DNA of 64,000 nt from a virus. The stretch is taken from positions 1 to 64,000 of the IMG/VR virus record IMGVR_UViG_3300036781_000275; one strand, 5' to 3'. The position numbers were made by a program, and so were the translations under genes. Shown piece after piece: positions 48,540 through 57,927 of this stretch; positions within the stretch are counted from its first letter, which is position 1; every line of letters begins with the position of its first letter. The notes beneath the pieces are model-generated. The model made no database searches and was not told where the DNA came from. It saw only the letters and a program-made list of their open reading frames with translations.

Positions 48540-49570
48540 TACTTGGTTTCTCCAGAGAGAAGTTGACCCAGCTCGCCAGAGCTGAGTTTGATGAAATCGG
48601 CTGTCTGTGTGATCGCGGGGTTCCGCCGGCTTGCATCGCGCGCCAGCAGCGCCGCGAACTCGCCGTGTTGCGCATCGATCAAGCGTTGCGCGTACAGCGC
48701 GACTCGACCGAAGTTGGTGGGCGTCGCCTTGGTCGCGAGCGCCGTGGTGATCGCATAGAGCGCCGCGGGCTTTTCAGGAATCGGCGCGACGTCGGGATTG
48801 AGCAGCACCATGTCGATGCTCGGCAACTCTTTGAAAAGTTGCAGGAAGCCGCGCAGCTCGACCGCCGCGCCATCGCCAACCGCTCCAGCAAGCGCCGCCT
48901 GCTCCACGGCCGCCGGCAAATTCATTCCGAGCACGCGGGCCGCGTTCGACCATGTGCGCGGCGTCGGACTGTTCGTGAGATCAGCGCTCGCCTTGAACTG
49001 GCTCAGCAGCTCCGGGCGGAAGCGTAGGAAGGCAATCAGCTCGGCCGGAATGTGCGACTGCGTGAATGCCCACTGGCACCACTCATCAAGATCGGCCTCC
49101 AGCTCGACGATCGCCGTGAAGCGCGACTTGACCGGTTCGAGAATGCCGCTGACGCCGGCCTTGTCGGTGCGACGATTCGTTGCCGCGATGAATGTCACAC
49201 AGTCGGGCAATTTGTGCCCGTTGACTCGGCGCGCAAGCAGGAGCTGCATGAAACTGGCCTGCACCGCCGGCGTTGCCTGTCCGAGATCATCGAGAAACCA
49301 CACGGTCGGTGCGGTCGCGTTGATCGCGCGCGCCAATTCGCCGAACGGGAGAAAGTGTGCGGACTGCTCGTCTTTGCCGACCCACGGCAAGCCCTTGACG
49401 TCGGTGGGATCCGATACGGCGGGATGGCTCAGGATCAGCTCGGCACCGACCGCCGTGGCGGCCTTGGCCACGATGTCAGATTTGCCGATGCCCGGCGCGC
49501 CCGTGATGAGGACCGGCTGTCGTGCGGCGATCGCACTGCCCAGCAGGGTAGAAAGTTCCGATGGTTTCAT
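48539..49570 (-). CDS. MoxR/dynein-related AAA+ ATPase
   Basis: GAPGIGKS, FLDDL, AATNR..DKAG, SRF, PTPRTW. Confidence 0.88.
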   Translation of the reverse strand: MKPSELSTLLGSAIAARQPVLITGAPGIGKSDIVAKAATAVGAELILSHPAVSDPTDVKGLPWVGKDEQSAHFLPFGELARAINATAPTVWFLDDLGQATPAVQASFMQLLLARRVNGHKLPDCVTFIAATNRRTDKAGVSGILEPVKSRFTAIVELEADLDEWCQWAFTQSHIPAELIAFLRFRPELLSQFKASADLTNSPTPRTWSNAARVLGMNLPAAVEQAALAGAVGDGAAVELRGFLQLFKELPSIDMVLLNPDVAPIPEKPAALYAITTALATKATPTNFGRVALYAQRLIDAQHGEFAALLARDASRRNPAITQTADFIKLSSGELGQLLSGETK

Positions 49571-49627
49571 GCGTTGACTCCTCGTTGGAAGTGGAATGTT
49601 GTCGTGCTTCGCGTAGCCTAACGGGTG

Positions 49628-49885
49628 TTAGGTCGTGGGCGCAAGGGGGGTAATGATCGAGCGCGGCGCAGTGAAGACCATGAACTGTCGGTGGCCCGTC
49701 TCCAGCACGACGACCGGGCAGCCGTCGCGGTCGAACACTGGCACCGACTGGCTGTAGCGGTACGGCTGGTATGGGTAGAGATGGCTCGGCGCTTCGCCGA
49801 TGGGCTCAGCGCTCAACTCGGCGCAAAAGCGGGCATGCGCCGAGTATCCGCGCAGCGTCTTGATTTTGGTAGGGGTCGTGTTCAT
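49628..49885 (-). CDS. hypothetical early protein flanked by duplicated promoters
   Basis: lies between ~30-bp direct repeats at 49616 and 49922. Confidence 0.5.
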   Translation of the reverse strand: MNTTPTKIKTLRGYSAHARFCAELSAEPIGEAPSHLYPYQPYRYSQSVPVFDRDGCPVVVLETGHRQFMVFTAPRSIITPLAPTT

Positions 49886-50205
49886 GGCGTTGCCTCCACG
49901 TTGGGAAGGTTGATGCGTGAAGCCTAACGGGTGTTAGGTCGTGGCGCAAGTGGGCGCAGTGGCGCGCATCGCGAGCCGCGCGAGGATCGACTCGGTGGAC
50001 TCCATTTCGCGCGCCTCGCCGCCGAAAGTTTTGGCGTAGTCTTTCGCGCGCGCCTCTGTGATGTTGACCATGTGCTGCGAGATGAACTGGCCCGTCCACT
50101 CCCACGTTTTCGGTTCGGGTCCGCTCATGCGCGCAGCGAGATCGCGGAAGTACTGGAGTGTTGCCTCGGTCATTATCGTTGCCCTCTCGTTGGAAGGTTG
50201 GGGGT

Positions 50206-50679
50206 TTAGTGCTGTTCGTCGTTGTTGATCACGACCACTGTGTCCGTCTCGCGGCTCACGATGTCGAAGCTCGTTGCGATGTCGCGAGATTTTTCGGTCA
50301 GAATCTGCGCCGGCACCGTCCGTGCGCGCTGCGCATTGCGTACCATCGCCGTGTTCAGCGAGCAAACCACGTAGCATAGCTCGGTCGTGAAGCCGGCCGC
50401 GCGCGCATCGCGAATGCGCCGCGTCATGCGCTCGGCGTTCGTGCCAGTGCCGTCGATGATCCAGTTACCGGCCTTGCCCGCCACCGCCGCCGCGAACTGC
50501 TGCTCGGCGATTTCCATCGAGTAGTTGTGCAGGGGAGCCGGGTTTTTCGGATCGTAATCCGGGTGTGCCGCTTTGATCGCGTCGGGATCGATCACGGTGA
50601 ATCCTTCGTAGCGCGCCCGTCCAACTGTGCTCTTGCCAGCGGCCGGAAGCCCCATGAGAAAGATCATCGTTGCCGTCAT
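50206..50679 (-). CDS. zeta-toxin-like/AAA_33 P-loop kinase
   Basis: MGLPAAGKST, IDPDAIK, IIDGTG, RN..RAR.VP. Confidence 0.75.
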   Translation of the reverse strand: MTATMIFLMGLPAAGKSTVGRARYEGFTVIDPDAIKAAHPDYDPKNPAPLHNYSMEIAEQQFAAAVAGKAGNWIIDGTGTNAERMTRRIRDARAAGFTTELCYVVCSLNTAMVRNAQRARTVPAQILTEKSRDIATSFDIVSRETDTVVVINNDEQH

Positions 50680-50683
50680 GTCG

Positions 50684-50790
50684 TTGTCTCCGCGTTGGAA
50701 GATCAGTGAGCCCTGCCCGATGAGAGAAAGCTAACACCTGTTAGGTCCGTGTCAAGCCCTCACGTAAAACATTGATTCTGGCACAGTTAG
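50684..50790 (-). repeat. promoter cassette repeat, copy 3
   Basis: TTGACA, operator 50731-50744; shares CCCTCACGTAAAACATTGATT with copy 1. Confidence 0.85.
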
Positions 50791-51242
50791 CGAGTCTTGC
50801 GCCGGAACTGGGTGGGGCGGCCGGGTCGTTTCGTCGGTTCCTTGCGGTATCCCTTGCTCGCCCATCGCGCGACGAGCTGCCGGCAATGATCAAGGCTGTT
50901 CGATATTCTCCCGCCCAACATGACCGCATGCGTGGCGTGCAGGTCATCGAACGTGCCACAGATCGCGAGCACGCCCGCGTCGAGCCGCGCGACGAGAAAC
51001 TCGTGCTGCGCGCGCGTCAACTGTCCCTTGGCGGCCTTCGCTTCCCACCACAGCGCGTGACCGTACTTGTCGTAATAGCGATCGCTCACGCCTTTCGTCA
51101 TGCCAATCACGTGCATCGGGAGCGAGAACTCAACGCGCGAGAACCCGGCACGCAACATGTAGTCGTCGCCGAGCTGCTCCTCGTCGGTCTCGCTGCGCAC
51201 GCGTGGTTTCGCGAAGTCGGGGAGCGGTGGCATGTCGCTCAT
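50787..51242 (-). CDS. VRR-NUC nuclease
   Basis: GVSD...WWEAKAAKGQLT.AQ.EF. Confidence 0.75.
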   Translation of the reverse strand: MSDMPPLPDFAKPRVRSETDEEQLGDDYMLRAGFSRVEFSLPMHVIGMTKGVSDRYYDKYGHALWWEAKAAKGQLTRAQHEFLVARLDAGVLAICGTFDDLHATHAVMLGGRISNSLDHCRQLVARWASKGYRKEPTKRPGRPTQFRRKTR

Positions 51243-51778
51243 TTCAGGCATACGGTCGCTCCCTTTCGCCATGGGGCGCGTTCTCTGAACCGAGCCAGCT
51301 CGGTCTCGCTGACAGCCCACCCGTCGTCGTTCGCAGCCATGACTTCTACCTGCACCTTCACCTCATCGCGTAGCCGATCTAACTGCATCTTCATGCGATA
51401 GTCAGTCTTAAATCGCGACGTAACTCGCTCATCGAGCGCTTTGATCGCCGCCGTCATGGCCGGTTTCACGCCTGTTCCCATTAGCTCGGCGAAACGCACA
51501 GGATCGCGTGACGTCATGCCTGCGAATGCGTACGCCGCATAGTCGCATCGCGGCATGTCCCGTGCAAGAACGCTGAACCTGACTTCGCGCCACTGATCGA
51601 GCGTGACGGAATCGCGCAGCGGCGTGAAACCCGGCACGAGCAGCCGCCGTGGCGCGGCGCGCTCCAGCGCTTCGAGCAAGCTTGGCACTACCAGCAGTCC
51701 AGCGCCGACCGCGGCCGTGATCTTCGCCGACGTCAGCAGGAATCTGCGCCGGCTCTGCACGAGATCAAATTCTCTCAT
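51239..51778 (-). CDS. hypothetical protein with twin-arginine-like N-terminus
   Basis: SRRRFLLTSAK plus hydrophobic stretch. Confidence 0.5.
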   Translation of the reverse strand: MREFDLVQSRRRFLLTSAKITAAVGAGLLVVPSLLEALERAAPRRLLVPGFTPLRDSVTLDQWREVRFSVLARDMPRCDYAAYAFAGMTSRDPVRFAELMGTGVKPAMTAAIKALDERVTSRFKTDYRMKMQLDRLRDEVKVQVEVMAANDDGWAVSETELARFRERAPWRKGATVCLK

Positions 51779-51799
51779 CGTGTTCCCTCGGTGTGAAGG

Positions 51800-51872
51800 T
51801 ATGCCGTGAGGGACTCGAACCCTCGACCTTCCGATTAAAAGTCGAATGCTCTACCTGTTGAGCTACCGGCGC
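51800..51872 (-). tRNA. tRNA-Lys(UUU), imperfect acceptor stem
   Basis: D-arm GCTC/GAGC, anticodon loop CTTTTAA, T-arm GAGGG-TTCGAGT-CCCTC; mismatches C2:A71 and G7:A66; no encoded CCA. Confidence 0.8.
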
Positions 51873-51880
51873 TGACGTGC

Positions 51881-52168
51881 TCAAATGCCACGGATCGAGC
51901 GGAGGACTCGCCGATCTTTCCGTTCGGCGTCAAACAGGTCCACTTCTCGCTGCACATTGAGCCAGAACTGAACTGACGTGTTCAGCGCCTTCGATAGGCG
52001 TAGCGCCACCGCCGCCGTGACCTGTGCGCGGCCTCGCACGATGTTGCGAACACGATGAGCTGGAAACTTCATGCGGGCCGCTAAGCCTTTCTGCGTTAGA
52101 TCAGGATGTTCGCGAATGTAATTGCCGAGCACTTCGCCCGGCGTTGGCGGCCGTACCGGTCTTCTCAT
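51881..52168 (-). CDS. higA: HigA-family antitoxin (orphan)
   Basis: PPTPGEVL, LTQ..LA, IVRGRA.VT..VALRLSKALNTS.QFWLNVQ. Confidence 0.85.
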   Translation of the reverse strand: MRRPVRPPTPGEVLGNYIREHPDLTQKGLAARMKFPAHRVRNIVRGRAQVTAAVALRLSKALNTSVQFWLNVQREVDLFDAERKDRRVLRSIRGI

Positions 52169-52193
52169 GTCGCGCTCCACGGAGTGTGTTCTG

Positions 52194-52664
52194 TCATTCG
52201 CCGCGCACGTCGAGCGGCTTGCCGTCCCGCATGTACCGGAAGAATCTGACACGGACCATCACATCATCACCGAGCCCCGGCCGATAATTCCCCTCATGCA
52301 AAAAGTCGTCCGCTACCGCAACCCACCCTGCGCGATCTCGCCGATTCTCCAGCAACACACTCTCGATATACGCGGCCGTCTCCGTGCTCGGCTGCCGCGT
52401 CCCACCAGCGTCAACCGTGAATTGCACTCGTGATTTGCGAATCACGAGATCGCGTTCTTCGAGTTCACGCGTCGCGCCCAGCAGCGCTAAGTGCTCGACA
52501 TCGCACGTCAGCAACTGCACGCTGCGCGTCATGATGATCTCCGCGAGCTGCGACGCCAGCATCGTAAACTGAATGAAATCAGCGCGGCTCTGTTCGTCCT
52601 GCACGCTGAATACGATGCTGCCGCCGGCGGTCGCGTGAATGGATACGTTCGTGAGAAGTCTCAT
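52194..52664 (-). CDS. hypothetical protein
   Basis: ATG just after variant operator 52676-52689. Confidence 0.5.
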   Translation of the reverse strand: MRLLTNVSIHATAGGSIVFSVQDEQSRADFIQFTMLASQLAEIIMTRSVQLLTCDVEHLALLGATRELEERDLVIRKSRVQFTVDAGGTRQPSTETAAYIESVLLENRRDRAGWVAVADDFLHEGNYRPGLGDDVMVRVRFFRYMRDGKPLDVRGE

Positions 52665-52787
52665 GGCACGCAAACCTAACACATGTGAGGACAGGCACGG
52701 AAGGCTTCGAGGATCTCCACATTCCCACGCGGTTGTTCTGGTAGTGCCAGTTAGTCGACACACCGGAACCAGTAACTGTAATAGTAG

Positions 52788-52971
52788 CGTGGATAAGCGT
52801 GGATAACTCTGTAACTGATTGCGGTTGCTAACGTTGACGCTGATTTACTTCTGTGGAAATCGTGTGCATAACGTGTCGACAAGTCCGGTTGTCCACTCAC
52901 CGTGAGGCGCGCGCCGCGGGCGAGGTGGAGAACGGGAGCGGATCCACAAGTAATCCACCGAGTTGTCAACA
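52788..52971. promoter_or_regulatory. DnaA-box cluster, putative replication origin
   Basis: ~10 TT(A/G)TNCAC(A)-like 9-mers in a lower-GC intergenic gap. Confidence 0.7.
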
Positions 52972-52981
52972 GTCGTGCGGG

Positions 52982-53449
52982 TCAATACGGCCAGCATTCA
53001 ACGCGGCGCGGCACACTGGCCGCTTCCTCCGCGCTCGATGCTACGCGGATCGGCCCCATAGGCACGTGAAACCTGACGGGCTCGCGCTGGCCAGTCGTGA
53101 TGTCGCGCACGAGCACGCAGACCACGCGGCGCGCCAACCACTCGTGGTCCTTCGGGTCATAGATCTTCTCTCCGAATAGCACGAACGGCCGCCGCTCTTC
53201 GTGGTACAGCTTCCTGAGAGCGCTCTCCGCCACGCTGCGCACCATGTGATAAATCGCGTCTTCGTCTGCATTCACATTCGCGAGGAAATCAACCGTGAAC
53301 GTGCATGGCAGTTCGCGCGGAGATCGATCGACCACGTTCCCGCTGAGCTGGATCCAGTACCGTACGGAGAGCACGTTGTCGATCAATTCGATGCGCCGCC
53401 CCAGTTTGCCGACGATGCTATGCTCGCCCGGATACGTACCGACGCTCAC
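52982..53449 (-). CDS. hypothetical protein
   Basis: ORF overlapping the upstream stop. Confidence 0.45.
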   Translation of the reverse strand: MSVGTYPGEHSIVGKLGRRIELIDNVLSVRYWIQLSGNVVDRSPRELPCTFTVDFLANVNADEDAIYHMVRSVAESALRKLYHEERRPFVLFGEKIYDPKDHEWLARRVVCVLVRDITTGQREPVRFHVPMGPIRVASSAEEAASVPRRVECWPY

Positions 53450-53781
53450 CCGATGGCACCGGTTCCGAAAACCCGGTGCTGTGCGCCCAGATTGCCCGTG
53501 GAGAGCCGATCGCGCCCTGACCGGTAGAGGAGTCCCATCTTGACCAGTTCGGCCCGCCGCGAGCGAATGCCGCTCGCCGTCTGTGCGACTAGCGCCACCC
53601 CGGTCTCCCGGTGTTTCAGATAGAGCGAGATGGCTTGCTCGTCCGTGAGCGGCGCTTTCGCGTCGACGAACACGTACAGCACGTCGCGATGCGATTGCAG
53701 CAGCTTGAGGCCGCGATACGGGTCGAGCTGGAGCGGGAGCTGCGCCGGGTCATCCGGCGCAGCAAGTTTCGCGGATCCCAC
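53446..53781 (-). CDS. winged-helix DNA-binding protein
   Basis: PLTDEQ...SGIRSRRAELVKMGL..SG. Confidence 0.6.
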   Translation of the reverse strand: MGSAKLAAPDDPAQLPLQLDPYRGLKLLQSHRDVLYVFVDAKAPLTDEQAISLYLKHRETGVALVAQTASGIRSRRAELVKMGLLYRSGRDRLSTGNLGAQHRVFGTGAIG

Positions 53782-53784
53782 GGC

Positions 53785-54723
53785 TCAGCGCGGACGTGTC
53801 ACGTTGTAATACTGCGACAGCCCCTGCACGTGGTACGGCGCGATGATCCGCGCGAGTGCCCGCGTCCCGTCGACGTCGCCGAAGTTGTACGTGATGATGT
53901 CCTCGTGCTTGCCGGCCAGATAGGCCGCGTATACCTCGCTCCCGTGCATGCCCGCCTTACCGGGCAACCCGAACGCGGCAAGCCACTCGTCGAGTTTCCC
54001 GGTCGCCCGCATGTCCCAATTCGAGAGCGCCATGCGCACGTCGAAGTGCGGACAGTGCCGGTAGCGTTGAAACAACGTGCCAAGCTCGAACGGGTTCGGC
54101 AACGCCAGCGGCACGGTTAACTCGTCTGGCAATACGATGCGCTCACCCACCGGGATCTTCGCGACTAGCGCATCGCGCGTGCGCTTGATCTGCCCGCGCA
54201 GAATGTGCGAGCGCACCACGCCGAACGTGAGGTCGAATGCGCCACTGTACGTGACCACGAGCGCTGCGCCGCTGATCTGGCGCAGCATCGAGTCAACGAC
54301 GCCCGTTTCCTCCTGCTCATCCTTCGCGTAGAAACACACGCGATCGCGCGCGGTCTCGTCGCGCCAAAAGGTTTCCGGGGTATCCGTGAGCACCGCACAG
54401 CTCAGAATGCGGCCCGTGCGCGCCGACAAGCCCAGTTCGCCCACGCGCTCGGCGCGCTCGACTTCGAGCTTCATCATTCGCTCAACCTGCTTCTCGGCCC
54501 ACGTGGTTTTATCCGTCTCGCGCCACGCATCGATCGTGTCTTGCTTCTTGTAGCTCTTCGGTGCCGGCCGGTCCTCTTCGCTGTAGGTCTCCGCGTTGAT
54601 GACGGCTGACCGCTTCTGAATCTCCTCGTCGATGCGCGCCACCTCCGCGTTGATCGGGATCGTCTCGATGTCCACGGTACAGATCGCGCCGCCGTGGTAC
54701 TCGTACTGATTGTCGTACGCCAT
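53785..54723 (-). CDS. DnaQ/PolB-type 3'-5' exonuclease
   Basis: VDIET (ExoI), VTYSGAFDL (ExoII), HFD, YNFGDV (ExoIII). Confidence 0.8.
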   Translation of the reverse strand: MAYDNQYEYHGGAICTVDIETIPINAEVARIDEEIQKRSAVINAETYSEEDRPAPKSYKKQDTIDAWRETDKTTWAEKQVERMMKLEVERAERVGELGLSARTGRILSCAVLTDTPETFWRDETARDRVCFYAKDEQEETGVVDSMLRQISGAALVVTYSGAFDLTFGVVRSHILRGQIKRTRDALVAKIPVGERIVLPDELTVPLALPNPFELGTLFQRYRHCPHFDVRMALSNWDMRATGKLDEWLAAFGLPGKAGMHGSEVYAAYLAGKHEDIITYNFGDVDGTRALARIIAPYHVQGLSQYYNVTRPR

Positions 54724-54800
54724 GTCGTGTGTACTCCGCCGCTGGAGTGAAATAGGTGAGCGCGCAACCTAACAGGTGTTAGCGCTCATTCGCAAGCCGC

Positions 54801-55784
54801 TCAGGGATCGTCTTCCGCAAACGTGGGTGCCAATTCCAGATCGACCTGCTCGGTCTCTAGCGCACCAATAGCGCCCACGTTTTTCACGGCCTGTCGATAG
54901 TACGACGGTTTCAGTTCCGCGCCAACCGCGCGTCGGCCAGCGCTCACTGCGCTATAAACTTCCGAGCCAACGCCCATAAACGGCGTGAGCACCGTCTCGT
55001 TTGGATTGGACCAAAGCACAAGGCACCGATCTATCACGTCGAGCTGCAACGGATGCACGTGCTTCTCGTCTTCGGCATCACGCGCAGCGCGATATGGTAG
55101 TACGCGGCCGAGGCGAATGTCATCCCAAAACGCTGACGCATATTGTCGCCAGATCCAATGCGAGTAGCGGTTCTCGATTTGGTTGCCGGTCCAGCCGCGA
55201 TACCGTAGTAACTCAGCCGGCATCACGCGTTCTCCCGCGTACTCCATAAGTCCCGTGGGATGCGCAATCGGAATCGTGTTCTGTCCAGAGCGCCTGAACA
55301 CAAGAAGATAATCGGCCGACGCCACCGTGCACCGCGACGAATCTTCCACGATAGACTTATGCGCAAGCGCTTTCGTCATGGTGCGATTGCGCACGGCGAG
55401 CGGTTCCTTCCAGATGTGGTAGCGCGCGACGTAGTGAAAGCCGATCTTCTCGTGGAGGCGAATGATGTCACCGGGAAAATCGGTCAGCGAATCGAGTCCA
55501 GTGTTGCCGGTTGGAACGTCCATGCAATGCACGGCCGTCATGCGCCCCGGCAGGGTGAGGCGATGGATCTCCCTGACCACAAACTCGTAGTGGGCGAAAA
55601 ACTCCTCGCGGTTGGCGCAGTTCGATAGATCGCGGTCGCTGGATGAGTAATGGTAGAGCCCAGCGAACGGCGGAGAATAAATAGACAGATGGATGCTGGA
55701 GTCTGGGAGATTCTGCATGACCTCCATACAGTCGCCAGAATAGAGCGCGTACCTATCGGTGATTACCTGTTCGGCAATAGCCAT
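54801..55784 (-). CDS. DNA amino-methyltransferase (N4-C/N6-A, beta class)
   Basis: SPPF motif IV, KHVHPLQLDVI, VLTPFMGVGS motif I. Confidence 0.88.
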   Translation of the reverse strand: MAIAEQVITDRYALYSGDCMEVMQNLPDSSIHLSIYSPPFAGLYHYSSSDRDLSNCANREEFFAHYEFVVREIHRLTLPGRMTAVHCMDVPTGNTGLDSLTDFPGDIIRLHEKIGFHYVARYHIWKEPLAVRNRTMTKALAHKSIVEDSSRCTVASADYLLVFRRSGQNTIPIAHPTGLMEYAGERVMPAELLRYRGWTGNQIENRYSHWIWRQYASAFWDDIRLGRVLPYRAARDAEDEKHVHPLQLDVIDRCLVLWSNPNETVLTPFMGVGSEVYSAVSAGRRAVGAELKPSYYRQAVKNVGAIGALETEQVDLELAPTFAEDDP

Positions 55785-57142
55785 GATGGTATTTGTGTTG
55801 ATTCGCTAAATGTGGATTGGCGCTCGAGCGCCATCTCGTGATTCATATGCTGAACCAACGAGGAGAACATTTGATCGGCGGCCTGTGATTTCCGCTGGAG
55901 ATTCTGCTTGATCCCTTGCCCGCCAGCCGTGGTCACAATGTCAACGGTCACCGGCCGGTTCTGCCCGAAGCGCAATGAGCGGCGCACCGCTTGATAGTAT
56001 GCCTCGAACGAATGCGATGGAAAAAACGTCATGTGCGCGCAATGCTGCCAGTTTAGGCCCCACGCGCCGATCTTGGGTTTCGTAATAAGCACGCGGATCT
56101 GACCGCGCGCAAATCGTAGAAAGGCGTCCTCTTTCTCGTCGTCAGAATTGGCCCCGCTGATCTCTACAGCGTCGGGGATTAACTGCCGAAGTTGCTTGCC
56201 CTCGTCGTTCAGGTGGCACCAGACAACGGCGGGCTCGCCCGTATTGTTTACGAGCGATGCCGCACGCTCACAGCGTTCCGCGAGCGTGCGACGTGCTTCT
56301 TCGCGTTCTTCCCAGAGTCCATGCGCTGGGAGATCGAACAGCATGCCTTCGCGCGTATTTCTAGCATCCACGACGTGCTCTTGCTCGATCAATGGCGGTA
56401 GCACAAACCGCATGTCGCTAAACCCGAGATCGGATGGCCGTCGAATCGCCCGTGCCCACGAGCACACCCACCGCCAAAAATGCTGTTCGGCGTGACCCTT
56501 GAATCGCCATTTCGCCGCACCGCCGTATTGCCGGCCGGTTGCGGAATTGTTCAGATCGTTCTTGAAAAACCGATTCAGCATGTCCATATACCCAAGACAC
56601 CCGAGCGCTTCGCTCGTCGTCCCCAGCTCTATGTAGTCGTTCGGGGCGGCAGTCGCCGTGCAGAGTAACCGGTATTGCATTTTCTTCATGAACGCCGTCA
56701 CGGCCTGTCGTCGCGCGCCGTCAAATGATTTGATCGCGCTCGATTCATCACAGATCACACCGACATAATCAGCCGGATTGAAATGGTGTAGCCGTTCATA
56801 GTTCGTGACTGTGATACCGGCATGGCGGGTGCCGTCGATGGACTTGCGCACTTCGATGCCGAACTTGGCCCCCTCCTCAACGGTTTGCGCCGAGACCGCC
56901 AGTGGAGTGAGAATCAACACACGGCCGTTTGTATGCCTGACCACGTTGTCAGCCCATGCCAATTGCATCGGCGTTTTCCCGAGCCCGCAATCCGCGAAGA
57001 TCGCACCACGTCCCTTGCGGGTAATCCATTCGACGAGTGCCGCCTGAAAATCGAACAGGAACCCGTGTGCTGAGGTCGCCGCGAATCCATCCATCGACCC
57101 AATCTGGGCTTTCGCATCGAGAAACTTCTCGTAGTCCGTCAT
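55763..57142 (-). CDS. SNF2/DEAD-like helicase
   Basis: ADCGLGKT, DESS, TATAAPND, GLNWQ, QAVRRS.RFGQ. Confidence 0.88.
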   Translation of the reverse strand: MTDYEKFLDAKAQIGSMDGFAATSAHGFLFDFQAALVEWITRKGRGAIFADCGLGKTPMQLAWADNVVRHTNGRVLILTPLAVSAQTVEEGAKFGIEVRKSIDGTRHAGITVTNYERLHHFNPADYVGVICDESSAIKSFDGARRQAVTAFMKKMQYRLLCTATAAPNDYIELGTTSEALGCLGYMDMLNRFFKNDLNNSATGRQYGGAAKWRFKGHAEQHFWRWVCSWARAIRRPSDLGFSDMRFVLPPLIEQEHVVDARNTREGMLFDLPAHGLWEEREEARRTLAERCERAASLVNNTGEPAVVWCHLNDEGKQLRQLIPDAVEISGANSDDEKEDAFLRFARGQIRVLITKPKIGAWGLNWQHCAHMTFFPSHSFEAYYQAVRRSLRFGQNRPVTVDIVTTAGGQGIKQNLQRKSQAADQMFSSLVQHMNHEMALERQSTFSESTQIPSWLLPNR

Positions 57143-57927
57143 CCGCGAAACCGTCCGCACTCCGCCATCATATGCGGCTCCTCGATCGGGCATTCGAGGT
57201 GCGCGTGATGACATGTCATGTCGGGATACGCGATCGAAAACGTCACGGTCTCATGGCTCGGATAGTGCGGCTCGTGGCGGCAGTTGTACGGCGCACGCCG
57301 CTCGGTTTTGCCTTCCTCCAACCACACGCCGTGCATCAGCTCGTACAGCACTTCTTCATCGGCGCTGAGTGGCCACGTTGGTACTATCTCATCCTCGGAC
57401 CGGTCGCTCATCTCGCGCGAATGCTCGGCGCAAACAGTTCGTCATGCGATTCGATCTCGCAGAAATAGTCCACCCCGATCCGCCGACGCGCCGGCCGCAA
57501 ACACTGCGTGCTATGCGGCGCTGAATGGTGCTGGCAATACCGGCCGGGAATGATCGGCGGGAGCACGCGCGGCGCATACTCGCCGCGCCGGCGTGACGTG
57601 ATGTAATCGCCCACTGATTCGTATCCGTGCCAGAACATCACGGATCTCCACGCGTCGCAGCGTCAACGATTTGGCGCTCCGTGATCCCCATGCGGCCAAG
57701 CCCAGCCGCCAAACCATGCCGCGCCAGCTTCATCAGCCACTGACGCTGCGTCTCCGACGTCTCGTTCCATTCCTCATCGCTCAGCTCGAACGGCGTCGTC
57801 GAGAACGCGCTGCCATGCGGCTCCTGCTCGGCCATCGCGGCCGCAATATGATCGGGAAGGCACGACGCGCGCATCGCGCGCGCCGCGGCCTCAACCGCGA
57901 CAACTGGTAAGCGGACGGTGCCCATGG

